Origin: Planctomycetota bacterium
GTDB taxonomy: Bacteria > Planctomycetota > UBA11346
Direction of reading: 5' to 3'
Assembly (NCBI GenBank): GCA_038231435.1
Contig: JBBRLJ010000002.1
Location: forward strand, 128,001 to 192,000
DNA length: 64,000 nt
The notes under the pieces are model-generated. The model was not told where the DNA came from. It saw only the letters and a list, made by a program, of their open reading frames with translations, and made no database searches. Both the position numbers and the translations under genes were made by a program. Shown here in pieces: positions 48,429 through 58,213 of the stretch. The stretch's first letter is position 1. Every line of letters begins with the position of its first letter.

Positions 48429-49444
48429 TCGGTGATGTCGACGGCGGTGGGTGCGAGGTCGGGCTGAGACAAGGTGTTGTACAACTCCTCGGCGTCGAGG
48501 TTGTCCAGCCGCACGCAGCCGTGCGACGCGCCTTCGCCGATCTTGCTGTCGGTGCCGGTGTAGCCGTGGATGCCGATGCCGTCCTGGCCGAGTTCGGCGG
48601 GATCGAACTTCATCCAGATGGGTCCAAGGATGTTGCCAGGATCGCCGTAGCGCATGACCAGATGCGAGGTGGGATCGGTCCAGTCGGGATGCCACTCGCG
48701 GCCGATCAGATGGGTGCGGCCGACCGGGGTCGGCGATTCGCGCTTGCCGACGCTGACCTTGTAGCGTTTCGCGAACAGGCCGGCGACATAGCAGTCGAGG
48801 ATGTAGTCGCCCTTGTCGACGTGGATGGCGAAGCCGCCTTTATCCTTCACCTTGACCACCTTGAGGACCTCGCCGACCGCGAGCTTGCCGTCATTTGCCT
48901 CGTGGCCACGCAGGCGGTTGAGGAACTGCTGACTCATGCCGTACTTGCGCGCGATCACGTTGGGTGACTCGCCAGCAGCGGCGACGTGCACCGCGAAAAT
49001 GCCCGAGGCGTCGTCGGGGTACTTGGCCTTGGAGAAGAACATCGCCGCGCCGAGCGGAGCGAGCCGATCTGAGATCAGGCTGTTCTCGCGACTCGCGAGT
49101 CCGACCTGGTTGTAGAGGCTGCGCAGCACCCCGGAATACAGCGCAGCCATCTCCGGCGCCTTGGCGCTGGTCGCCGGGTCAGCGCCAGCCTGAGCCCACA
49201 ACGCCTCTGCCTGGTCGAGCGTCTGCTTGGCCTCGCTCGGTAAGGTCCCCTGACCCAACCCCGGATCGCTGCCCGTGCCGGCGGCGGTCGAGCCGGCGGC
49301 GGTGCCTGATGGGGACAGCCCAGGCGTGCCGGTCATGGGGATCACCGGATCACCGGTCTCCATCGCTGGCTTCTGGTGCTTCTTGTGCCAGTACCAGCCG
49401 CCTGCGGCGGCCGCGATGATCAGGATCACGATGAACGCGCGCAT
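48425..49444 (-). CDS. L,D-transpeptidase (YkuD) with LysM domain
   Basis: N-terminal TM, LysM 'HVAAAGESPNVIARKYGMS', catalytic 'GIGIHG...ASHGCVRL'. Confidence 0.93.
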   Translation of the reverse strand: MRAFIVILIIAAAAGGWYWHKKHQKPAMETGDPVIPMTGTPGLSPSGTAAGSTAAGTGSDPGLGQGTLPSEAKQTLDQAEALWAQAGADPATSAKAPEMAALYSGVLRSLYNQVGLASRENSLISDRLAPLGAAMFFSKAKYPDDASGIFAVHVAAAGESPNVIARKYGMSQQFLNRLRGHEANDGKLAVGEVLKVVKVKDKGGFAIHVDKGDYILDCYVAGLFAKRYKVSVGKRESPTPVGRTHLIGREWHPDWTDPTSHLVMRYGDPGNILGPIWMKFDPAELGQDGIGIHGYTGTDSKIGEGASHGCVRLDNLDAEELYNTLSQPDLAPTAVDITE

Positions 49445-49661
49445 ATCGCCTCGATGGGTTCGGGCCGGAGAGGAAGCGCAGACCTTGCCAGAACCCCCCC
49501 GATAGGGAAGCGCGAGCAGTGCCGGCACGACGGCGTCCACTCCACCGGCGGCACCCGCAACGGGGGCGACTAGCACTGCAAGCGGGGTCCGCTAACGTGC
49601 GCCGCTTCCCGCCTACGGCCCAAGAGGCCCCGACTCGCAGCCCTCCGCCCATCGGAATCCC

Positions 49662-51110
49662 ATGCCCTACCGCCCACGCCTCCTGGTCACCAGTCTCGCC
49701 CTGCTCGCCGGATCGTGCCCGTACGCGCTCGCGCAGGAGCTCGGAGGCGCGCCAGTGGACAACGCCGGCTCGGCGACGCCGGGCTCGACGCCGACCAACG
49801 GCGGGGGCACCTCGATGGAGTATGCGCCCGGGTCGCGCTTCGGCGTCAATGCCCAGCGCCAAGTGGTGGTGCGCGGTCTCATTGATCTCGATGCCCTCAT
49901 CCAGGGCAACTACCTCGACGGCAACAACAACGTCAGCGACCATCGCGGCTACGGCCTGATCCGCGCCGAGCTCGGCACCAAGGTGAAGCTCGACGAGCGC
50001 GTCAGCGCCATCATCACCATCGCCTATTACGACGAGGCCGGCAGCGCCGCTTCGAGCGCGGCGACCACGCCGGCCACGCCCAGCACGCCGACGCCCACCG
50101 TGCAGCGCGATCGCGGCCGTACCGTGGTCGACGACGCGTACGTCGAGCTCAAAGAGTTCCTCGGCTTCCAGGAGCTCGGCATCGATGCCGGCCGCATGCC
50201 GGTATGCTGGAATCTGCGCGAGGGGAAGGGTGGCTTCCTCTACGACAGCCGCGCCAACGATCCCGCAGTCACCAGCTGGGACGGCGCGCGCGCCACCTAC
50301 AACCTCGACCACATCGACATCACTCCTTACGCCTACCGACTCCCCGACAACAGTTCGCTCTTCGGCGGCGCGGTGGACTGGAAGCCCGAGAACAGCGGCT
50401 CGAGCCGCACCTTCCTGACCGGCTCGATCAACCTCGAGCGCAACGTCGTGCTGCGCCCGACCACCGGCAATCCCACGCCTGGCACCGGCCGCCGCCTGAT
50501 CACGTACTACGCGGGCGCCGAGTTCGAGCTCAACGAATTCGACATCTACGGCGAATATGCGGCGCAGCGCGGAGAGCAGAACAACGGCACGCGCTTCTAC
50601 GGCTGGGGCGCGAACGTCGGCGTCGATTGGCGCACCCACCTCGCCACCGGCCAGCAGTTCGTGCTCGGCGTGAAGGGCGACTACCTCAGCGGCGACGACA
50701 ATCCCGCCGACGACCGCAACTACGCATTCATCAACAACTGGGAAGGCACCAGCGACTGCTACATCGTCGAGAGCGAGAAGTACGGAGAGCTGTCGCGCTA
50801 CCTCCAGGGCAACCTGATGGACGTCAAGGCCACGGCCGGCATCTCGTTCGATGATCACAACCGCATCCGCCTGAGCGCTACCTACGGATATTTCCGCACG
50901 CCCAAGCCGCTGCCGGGCAGATCACGCGAGTTTGGTCAGGAGGGCGATCTGACCCTCACCTGGCAGTACACCTACAATGCGACCTTCCGCCTGTTCGGCG
51001 GCGGCTTCAAGCCGTTCACCGGTTTCGACGAAGTCGCGCCAGCTGGGCCGGCCCTGTCGAAGACCGACATGGTGTACCTGATGGGATTGAACCTGGCGGT
51101 GGTGTTCTAG
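49662..51110 (+). CDS. Outer-membrane beta-barrel protein (alginate-export-like)
   Basis: Signal peptide, 'DDAYVEL...GRM', 'WDGARATY', 'YLSGDDNPAD', 'GQEGDL', C-terminal Phe. Confidence 0.8.
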   Translation: MPYRPRLLVTSLALLAGSCPYALAQELGGAPVDNAGSATPGSTPTNGGGTSMEYAPGSRFGVNAQRQVVVRGLIDLDALIQGNYLDGNNNVSDHRGYGLIRAELGTKVKLDERVSAIITIAYYDEAGSAASSAATTPATPSTPTPTVQRDRGRTVVDDAYVELKEFLGFQELGIDAGRMPVCWNLREGKGGFLYDSRANDPAVTSWDGARATYNLDHIDITPYAYRLPDNSSLFGGAVDWKPENSGSSRTFLTGSINLERNVVLRPTTGNPTPGTGRRLITYYAGAEFELNEFDIYGEYAAQRGEQNNGTRFYGWGANVGVDWRTHLATGQQFVLGVKGDYLSGDDNPADDRNYAFINNWEGTSDCYIVESEKYGELSRYLQGNLMDVKATAGISFDDHNRIRLSATYGYFRTPKPLPGRSREFGQEGDLTLTWQYTYNATFRLFGGGFKPFTGFDEVAPAGPALSKTDMVYLMGLNLAVVF

Positions 51111-51281
51111 CCGCCGCGGATCGGCGGCAGTGTGTGGAGTGAGGTGGCGATCGAGATCCGGTGATGCCTGCTCCTTCGAGCGAGGTCTGACTGGAACCAG
51201 ACCGCTTCCTCCTCGCTATCGACCTACCTCACACACCACCCACGCGTGGCGTCCCGCCACCGCCGCCTACACTCCCTGGCA

Positions 51282-54200
51282 ATGGCCGAATTCGTCCATC
51301 TGCACGTCCACAGCCACTACACGCTGCTCGAGGCGACGATCACCCCGGCAAAGCTGCTGAAGGCGGTCCGCGACAAGGGCATGCGTGCGGTCGCGTTGAC
51401 CGATCGTGGAAACCTCTTCGGCGCCTTCGAGCTCTACTCGACGGCCAAGGACGCGGCCGACAAGGCGAAGGGACCGGCGGACAAGGCCGGCGATGAGGCC
51501 AAGAAGGCGCGCGAGGCCGCGAGCGCCGCGCCTACTGACGCGGCGCTCGCCGCTTCCGCAGAGGCCACGGAGAAGCGCGCGTACGAGCTGATGGCCGCTG
51601 CCAAAGCCGAGGGCATCAAGCCGATCATCGGCTGCCAGGTCAACGTCGCGCCACTGGGCATGAAGGAGAAGGTACGCGACATGCACCAGCTGGTGCTCCT
51701 CGCGACCAGCGAAGCGGGCTACCGCAATCTCAGCCGCCTGGTCAGCCTGGGCTGGCTCGAGGGCTTCTACTTCGAACCGCGCGTGGATCTCGAAACCATG
51801 CGCGCGCACGCCGAAGGCCTGATCTGCCTGACCGGCACCGGCAAGGATGGTTTCCTCAACCGCCATCTCATCGCTGGAGCGCAGGAGGAAGCGCGGCGGC
51901 AGCTGGGCCTCCTGAAGGATGCGTTTTCCGACCGCCTCTACGTCGAGATCTCGGACTTCGGCACCGAGGGCCCGGTCAGCTCGATCGCGGGCAACATCGC
52001 GCTCGCGCGCGAGCTCGATGTCCCCGTGGTCGCGACCAACTGGGTCCACTATCTCGAGCGGTCCGACCACCGCATCCAAGACGTGCAGCTCGCCATCGAG
52101 AACGCCACGACCATCGCCGATACCCGTCGCAAGCGCATGCCGTCGCCAGAATTCTACCTCAAGACTCCAGACGAGATGGCCGCGCTGTTCAAGGACGTGC
52201 CTGAGGCGATCGCCAACTCGGTGGCCATCGCCGAGCGCTGTTCGGGTAAGGTCATCCCGACCGGGCAGTACTACCTGCCGAAATTCCAGTGCCCCGAGGA
52301 CGAGGACGAGAAGTCGCTCCTGCACCGGCTGTGCCTGGTCGGCCTCGAGCGCCGCTACGGCACCGCGATCGCGGGGATCACCGCCGAGCATCGCGAGCGC
52401 CTGACCTTCGAACTCGATACCATCGAGAAGATGGGCTTCGAGGCGTACTTCCTGATCGTGGCCGACTTCATCAACTGGGCGAAGAACAAGGGCATCCCCG
52501 TCGGCCCCGGGCGGGGCTCGGCGGCCGGCAGCCTGGTGTCGTACTGCCTCGGCATCACCGACATTTGTCCGCTACGGTATGGCCTGCTGTTCGAGCGCTT
52601 CCTCAACCCAGGGCGCAAGTCGATGCCGGACATCGACGTCGATTTCTGCAAGGACCGGCGCGGCGAAGTCATCGAATACGTCTCGAACAAGTACGGCCGC
52701 GACGCGGTGACCCAGATCATGACCCTGGGCACGATGAAGGCGCGCATGGCGATCAAGGACGTCGCCCGCGCCTTCGAGTGGACGCCCGAGGAGGCGCAGG
52801 AGCTCGCGAACCTGGTTCCCGAGGATCCCTCGGGCAAGCACGACCTCGCGGTCTGCCTCGGCCGCAAGCCCCTCGAGAAGGACGTCTACGGCACCGTCGA
52901 CGCGATGGCCAAACGCTACGAGGGCGACGAGCGCACGCGTAACGTGCTCGATGCCGCGCTGCAGCTCGAGAAGCTCGGGCGCTCGCTCGGCGTGCACGCC
53001 TGCGGCATCATCATCGCGCCTGGCGCGGTGAGCTCGTACGTGCCGGTGTGCAAGGTGAAGGACAAGCCGGCGACCCAGTACAACATGAACCAGGTCGAGA
53101 AGTGCGGCCTGCTCAAGATGGACTTCCTCGGCCTGAAGACCATGTCCATCCTGAAGAAGTGCGCGGACATCGTCCGCTCGTCCGAAGGCATCGAGATCGA
53201 CTACGACCGCGTCGCGCTCGACGACAAGCGCACCTTCGAGATGCTCGGGCAGGGCGACACGCTGGGCGTCTTCCAATGCGAATCCACGGGCTTCCAGGAG
53301 CTGATCAAGCTGCTCAAGCCCGACCGCTTCGAGGACATGATCGCGCTGGTCGCCCTCTACCGGCCAGGCCCCCTGCAGGCCGGCATGCACATCCAGTACT
53401 GCGACCGCAAGCACGGCCGCGAGAAGGTCGACTACCCGCACCAGGTGCTCGAGCGCTCGCTGAAAGAGACCTACGGCCTCTACATCTACCAAGAGCAGGT
53501 GATGAATATCAGCCGCGAGCTGTGCGGCTTCACGCCGGCGGAAGCCGACGATCTGCGCAAGGCGATGGGCAAGAAGGACCTCAACGTCCTCACCAAGCTC
53601 GAGCAGAAGTTCGTCGACGGCGCCTGGAAGACCCACCAGTTTCCGCGCGACAAGTGCACGGACATGTGGAACAAGATCCTCGGATTCGCGTCGTACTGCT
53701 TCAATAAATCGCATTCGGCGTGCTACGGCCTGATCGCCTATTGGACGGCGTACATGAAGGCGAACCACTACGCCGCGTTCATGACCGCCAACCTCATCTA
53801 CGAGATGGACAACAAGGACAAGATGACGCGCTTCGTCGAGGAGCTGCGCGTCAAGGACATCCCGGTACTGCCACCCGACGTCAACGAATCTGGTTGGGAG
53901 TTCACGCTCGTGCAGTCCGGGGTAGAGGGCGATCGCGCTGCCGCCAAGGGATCGCCGGGATCCGAGGGCGGCGAGGGCTCCGAGGTGAAGGTCCGCTACG
54001 GCTTCGGCGGCGTGAAGGCGATCGGCGAGGGCGCGGCCGAGCACCTGATCGCCAACCGCCGCGAGCACGGCCCATTCATCTCGATGTACGACCTGTGCGA
54101 ACGCGTCGACACGCGCGTCATCAACAAGCGCGTGATCGAGAGCCTGATCAAGGTGGGTGCGCTCGACAGCCTGCACGCCAACCGCCGCGCGCTCTTCGAG

Positions 54201-55205
54201 GCCCAGGATCGCGCCTTCGACCGCGGCTCGCGGCTCGCCAAGACCAAGGCCCAGAACCAGGAGACGCTGTTCTCGAGCTTCGAGAGCGACGACGCCTTCA
54301 AGCAGGAGACCCAGGGCTATCCCGACGTCCCCGACTGGAGCGTCGATGAGCGGCTCGGCTTCGAGAAGGCGCTGACCGGATACTGGATCTCGAGCCATCC
54401 GCTCGCCGACCACCGTAGCGTGATCGAGCGCCTGCAGCTGACCACCAGTCGCGGCATGCCGGCAGTCGCCACCGGCTGGCGCATCACCATCGCCGCAGTG
54501 GTCCTGGCGAAGCGCGTCATCAAGACCAAGACCGGCAAGACCATGGCCATTCTCTCGCTCGAGGACCAGCACGGGCGATTCGAGGCGGTGCTGTTCCCGG
54601 CGCGCCCCGATCGCCGCGGCCAGATCGAACAAGGCGCCTTCGAGAAATTCGCCCACGAGTGCGAACCCGATGTGGTCGCGGTCTTCACTGGCACGGTCGA
54701 ACGCCGCGAGCGCCGCCCAGCGCGGCCGGCGCCGCCGGCGGCGGGCGAAGAGGAGATCCCCCTCGGCGATGCCGGCGACGAAGGCATGGCCGACGCCCCC
54801 GCCGCGGCGCCCGCCCCCGAACAACTGCCGAGCCTGAACCTCTCCGACATGATCCCGATGCGCCTGATCACCGAACGGCTGACCCGCGACATCACCGTCG
54901 CCATCGACTGCGCCGACGAGCACAGCGACGAGCAATTCGCGCGCACCGAACTGCTGCTGAAGGAGCACCCCGGTGGCGTGCCAGTCAACGTGCGCGCGCT
55001 GACCCCGGACGGCATCTCGGTGACCGTCGCCTTCGGCGAACGCTGGAAGGTGCACGCCTGCGACGAGGTGGTGAAGGCGCTGCGTTCGATCTGGGGTGAA
55101 CGGCAGGTGATCCTGAAGATGAACGAATTGGCGAGCGGAGGAAGTGCCAACGGGAATGGGACCGGCAGACAGCAGAGCCGCCGGGAGATGGAACCGGTCG
55201 GGTAG
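51282..55205 (+). CDS. dnaE: DNA polymerase III alpha subunit
   Basis: 'FVHLHVHS', 'GPGRGSAAGSLV', 'FERFLNP.R.SMPDIDVDF', 'GLLKMDFLGL', 'FNKSHS', clamp-binding-like 'QETLF'. Confidence 0.98.
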   Translation: MAEFVHLHVHSHYTLLEATITPAKLLKAVRDKGMRAVALTDRGNLFGAFELYSTAKDAADKAKGPADKAGDEAKKAREAASAAPTDAALAASAEATEKRAYELMAAAKAEGIKPIIGCQVNVAPLGMKEKVRDMHQLVLLATSEAGYRNLSRLVSLGWLEGFYFEPRVDLETMRAHAEGLICLTGTGKDGFLNRHLIAGAQEEARRQLGLLKDAFSDRLYVEISDFGTEGPVSSIAGNIALARELDVPVVATNWVHYLERSDHRIQDVQLAIENATTIADTRRKRMPSPEFYLKTPDEMAALFKDVPEAIANSVAIAERCSGKVIPTGQYYLPKFQCPEDEDEKSLLHRLCLVGLERRYGTAIAGITAEHRERLTFELDTIEKMGFEAYFLIVADFINWAKNKGIPVGPGRGSAAGSLVSYCLGITDICPLRYGLLFERFLNPGRKSMPDIDVDFCKDRRGEVIEYVSNKYGRDAVTQIMTLGTMKARMAIKDVARAFEWTPEEAQELANLVPEDPSGKHDLAVCLGRKPLEKDVYGTVDAMAKRYEGDERTRNVLDAALQLEKLGRSLGVHACGIIIAPGAVSSYVPVCKVKDKPATQYNMNQVEKCGLLKMDFLGLKTMSILKKCADIVRSSEGIEIDYDRVALDDKRTFEMLGQGDTLGVFQCESTGFQELIKLLKPDRFEDMIALVALYRPGPLQAGMHIQYCDRKHGREKVDYPHQVLERSLKETYGLYIYQEQVMNISRELCGFTPAEADDLRKAMGKKDLNVLTKLEQKFVDGAWKTHQFPRDKCTDMWNKILGFASYCFNKSHSACYGLIAYWTAYMKANHYAAFMTANLIYEMDNKDKMTRFVEELRVKDIPVLPPDVNESGWEFTLVQSGVEGDRAAAKGSPGSEGGEGSEVKVRYGFGGVKAIGEGAAEHLIANRREHGPFISMYDLCERVDTRVINKRVIESLIKVGALDSLHANRRALFEAQDRAFDRGSRLAKTKAQNQETLFSSFESDDAFKQETQGYPDVPDWSVDERLGFEKALTGYWISSHPLADHRSVIERLQLTTSRGMPAVATGWRITIAAVVLAKRVIKTKTGKTMAILSLEDQHGRFEAVLFPARPDRRGQIEQGAFEKFAHECEPDVVAVFTGTVERRERRPARPAPPAAGEEEIPLGDAGDEGMADAPAAAPAPEQLPSLNLSDMIPMRLITERLTRDITVAIDCADEHSDEQFARTELLLKEHPGGVPVNVRALTPDGISVTVAFGERWKVHACDEVVKALRSIWGERQVILKMNELASGGSANGNGTGRQQSRREMEPVG

Positions 55206-55268
55206 ACGGCAGGACTCCGGTGTAGGCCTCGATCTTCAACGCGAAGCGCGCCGTGCTGTTGTCGCTAC

Positions 55269-55300
55269 CAAAAAAAACCCGGACCCTTTCGGGTCCGGGC
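55269..55300 (-). terminator. Rho-independent terminator (between convergent genes)
   Basis: Minus strand CCCGGACCC-GAAA-GGGTCCGGG followed by T8. Confidence 0.88.
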
Positions 55301-55331
55301 GTCATCGGCTCGCGCCGATGTCCGGAATCGA

Positions 55332-55736
55332 TCAGCGCTTGGCTGCGCCCGAGGTGGCGAAGCAGCCCTTCTCGGCGATGAAGCTCTTGGCCTTGGTGTC
55401 GACGTCGGCGGTGGTGACCAGCCAGCCGGTGACCTTCTGGCCGGGGTAGCGCTGCTGGAGCTTGTCGCGCAGGTCGACGAACTGCTCGCCGTCCTTGACC
55501 GAGATCTTCCCGGCGCGGCGCTTGATGTCGACGAACCAGACATCCTTGCGGCCACGTGCGACGACGATGCGGCCCGCGCCTTCCAGGCCGTAGTTCTTCA
55601 CTGGCACCGCCTCGACGCTCTGGAACACCGGAAGCCGGGTCTCCAGCTCGCGGTCGACGACGTCACCCGGCAGGGGATGCCCAGCGCGCAGCAAGCGGAT
55701 GATGGCTTCTTCGGTGGCACGGACGGCGATGCGCAT
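55332..55736 (-). CDS. Small restriction-endonuclease-like (PD-(D/E)xK/Mrr-cat) fold protein
   Basis: 'VWFVDIKRRAGKISVKDGEQF...GWLVTTA..D..AK' pattern, AAGGAG RBS and a terminator. Confidence 0.7.
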   Translation of the reverse strand: MRIAVRATEEAIIRLLRAGHPLPGDVVDRELETRLPVFQSVEAVPVKNYGLEGAGRIVVARGRKDVWFVDIKRRAGKISVKDGEQFVDLRDKLQQRYPGQKVTGWLVTTADVDTKAKSFIAEKGCFATSGAAKR

Positions 55737-55831
55737 GGGGCTCTCCTTAAAAGAGATGGGAAGAAAGATTTGGAATCGAGCTGGGCTGGGTAAACTCGTT
55801 GATGAAGACTGATGCAAGGGCCATGGGCCGA

Positions 55832-55858
55832 TGCTCAAAAATTGAGCAGAGAAGTATA
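55832..55858 (-). promoter_or_regulatory. Candidate -10 box and operator palindrome
   Basis: Minus-strand TATACT (55858-55853) just upstream of the perfect inverted repeat TGCTCAA-AAA-TTGAGCA (55832-55848). Confidence 0.5.
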
Positions 55859-56104
55859 GTCTCCGGGCCTAAAACTCAAGTCAGAAGTGAACGATGGATC
55901 GCTCATCTGGCACGTTTCCGACGCTCCAGAGTGGCTTTTTGGGACCTCTCAGGCGCTTCATAGACGTGGCGACATGCCTGCAACGCATGCACCCGCGATC
56001 ATGATTATACCTCTAAATGGCTTCGTTTCAATATCTTGCTTGATCAATTCAGCGATCCCCCCAGAAGCATCCCGGTCACCGGGTCCCTGGGACGAGGATC
56101 GAGC

Positions 56105-56821
56105 ATGAGCAATCCCGACAGCCTCCGCGATGCGGTCTTCCGCGCCAACCTCGACCTCGTGGCCCAGGGGCTGGTCCTGCACACCTGGGGCAACGCCTCG
56201 GCCGTCGATCGCGCCAACGATGTGATGCTGATCAAGCCCAGCGGGGTCGATTACGCCGTGCTGCGCCCCGAGCACCTGGTCTCGGTGCGCCTGTCCAGCG
56301 GTGAGACCCTGCCCGGAAACACCCATCGCCCGAGTTCCGACACCGCCACCCATCTGGCCCTCTACCGCGCCTGGCCGAGCGTGGGCGGCATCGTCCACAC
56401 CCACAGCGAGTACGCGACCAGCGTCGCCCAGGCCGGCATGGGCATCCCCGCACTGGGCACCACCCACGCCGACTATTTCGACGGCGACATTCCCTGCACC
56501 CGGCCGCTCACCGCCGAGGAGATCGCCGGCGAGTACGAGGCCAACACTGGCGCCGTCATCCGCGAATGCTTCGCCTTGGGAAAGCTCGACCCCCTCGCCA
56601 TGCCGGGAGTCCTGGTCGCCCAGCACGCACCCTTCGCCTGGGGAGCCTCGGTCGAGAAGGCGGTCCACCACGCCGTCGTGCTCGAGCGCCTCGCGCGCAT
56701 GCTCGTGCACACGTACACGCTCAATCCGGGTGCCGCCCGCGTGCCGGCGCACCTGCTCGCGAAGCACTACCAGCGCAAGCACGGGCCGAAGGCCTACTAC
56801 GGGCAGAAAAAAGACTCCTGA
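56105..56821 (+). CDS. araD: L-ribulose-5-phosphate 4-epimerase (class II aldolase family)
   Basis: 'TWGNAS', 'IKPSGVDY', 'PSSDTATH', 'HTHS', 'GTTHADYF', 'KHYQRKHGPKAYYGQ'. Confidence 0.95.
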   Translation: MSNPDSLRDAVFRANLDLVAQGLVLHTWGNASAVDRANDVMLIKPSGVDYAVLRPEHLVSVRLSSGETLPGNTHRPSSDTATHLALYRAWPSVGGIVHTHSEYATSVAQAGMGIPALGTTHADYFDGDIPCTRPLTAEEIAGEYEANTGAVIRECFALGKLDPLAMPGVLVAQHAPFAWGASVEKAVHHAVVLERLARMLVHTYTLNPGAARVPAHLLAKHYQRKHGPKAYYGQKKDS

Positions 56822-56968
56822 GCAGGGGCTCCGCCCCTACGGCCTGCGGCCTACCCCACGGCTTTGTCGGTGCTCGGATTCGCCGGCGAATCCGTCGGCG
56901 GATGGGCAGCGCCCATCGTATCCGCCGACCGCATCTCAGCGCCGCCCATCGCGGGGCGATGGGATCCC
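56822..56968 (+). repeat. Dispersed palindromic repeat, family B, copy 2
   Basis: Starts immediately after the araD stop codon and is co-linear with 62214-62345. Confidence 0.88.
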
Positions 56969-57003
56969 GGGTAGACATCGCCGGTGGCGGCGACCCTGCT
57001 GCG

Positions 57004-58038
57004 TCAGGTCGATGCCGCGGCGGCCATGCTCCGAGCCGCATCGCGGTGTCCGGTGAACGCGCGCTGGGCCTCGCCGCTCCGCATCGCCTCTTCCGCCTCG
57101 CGCAGTGACGAGCCATCGCCCAGAATCGGCAGACCACGCCAGAGATCGAGGGCGACCGCCGCGTTCGCCGCCACCATCGCACGCAGCGCGGGCGGGCCGC
57201 CGCCAGCGATGAGCGCGCGGAATGTTTCAGCGTTGTCCGCTGCGTCACCCGCGGGGATGTCGGCGTACGCGCTCGGGTCACTTGCGCGCCAGCCGCCTTC
57301 GACGACGCCTTTCGCGTCCACTTCCAACCAGCGTGTCGCGCCAGATACCGAGACCTCGTCGATGCCGGGCTCGCCCCACACCACCAGCGCGCGCTCGACC
57401 GCCAGGATCTGCAGCGCCATCGCGACTACGCGCGCCGTCGGCCATGATGACACGCCGATGATCTGACGCACCGGGCGGCAGGGATTGGCGAGCGGACCAG
57501 CGAGATTGAAGATGGTGCGCCGCCCCGCGGCCTTGCGATACGGGGCGACCGCCGCGACCGCCGGATGCATGGCGCGCGCGAACAGGAAGCAGCAGCGCGT
57601 GCGATCGAGCAGCGACACGTGCGCGTCAGGCGCGAGCAGGAACGGCACGCCCAGCGCATCGAGCAGATCGAAGCTGCCATTGGGGCGCAGCGAACCCCGG
57701 TTGCCGTGCTTGGCCACGCGTACGCCCACTCCGGCGAGCACGAAGGCGGCGGTGGTCGAGACGTTGAAGCGCGCGAGGCCGCTGCCGCCGGTTCCGCACA
57801 GGTCGAGACATGCGCCTGGATCCGGGAACACCGTCGCGCGCTCGAGCAGCCCGCGCACGAACGCCGCGACCTCGGCCCCGGTCTCGCCCCGCGCCGCGAG
57901 CGCGGCGAGCAACGCGCCGCCGTCCTCGACCGGCAACGTCGCTCCCATCAGCAGATCGAGGAGCCCACGCGCCTCGACCTCGGACATGCCAGCTGGCTTG
58001 GCGACCAGATCCCGCGCCCGCGACAGTGTAAGCGGCAT
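57004..58038 (-). CDS. trpD: Anthranilate phosphoribosyltransferase
   Basis: 'CGTGGSG', 'FNVST', 'AKHGNR', 'RTIFNLAGPLANP', 'GIDEVS'. Confidence 0.9.
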   Translation of the reverse strand: MPLTLSRARDLVAKPAGMSEVEARGLLDLLMGATLPVEDGGALLAALAARGETGAEVAAFVRGLLERATVFPDPGACLDLCGTGGSGLARFNVSTTAAFVLAGVGVRVAKHGNRGSLRPNGSFDLLDALGVPFLLAPDAHVSLLDRTRCCFLFARAMHPAVAAVAPYRKAAGRRTIFNLAGPLANPCRPVRQIIGVSSWPTARVVAMALQILAVERALVVWGEPGIDEVSVSGATRWLEVDAKGVVEGGWRASDPSAYADIPAGDAADNAETFRALIAGGGPPALRAMVAANAAVALDLWRGLPILGDGSSLREAEEAMRSGEAQRAFTGHRDAARSMAAAAST

Positions 58039-58189
58039 GCCGCGAGAGTTCGCCGCCGGAGCCGAATGCAATCACCGGAGGCGACCCATCCCTGCGAAGC
58101 GGCGCAGCCAGCTCGCCTAGTAAAGCCTTTCCCTCTGCTTTCTGGGGGGCAGGCCGGCGTGAGGCCCCGGTCGGTAGGGGCAGGCCGAT

Positions 58190-58213
58190 GCTGGGGGGCC
58201 GTAGCCCCCCAGC
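58190..58213 (-). repeat. REP-like hairpin
   Basis: Minus strand GCTGGGGGG-CTACGG-CCCCCCAGC abuts the AraC stop codon and has the same core as families A and B. Confidence 0.6.

Noticed and set aside
51450..54825. Inteins in dnaE
   Set aside because: The inserts are short and low-complexity, without the Cys/Ser start, His-Asn end or LAGLIDADG motifs.
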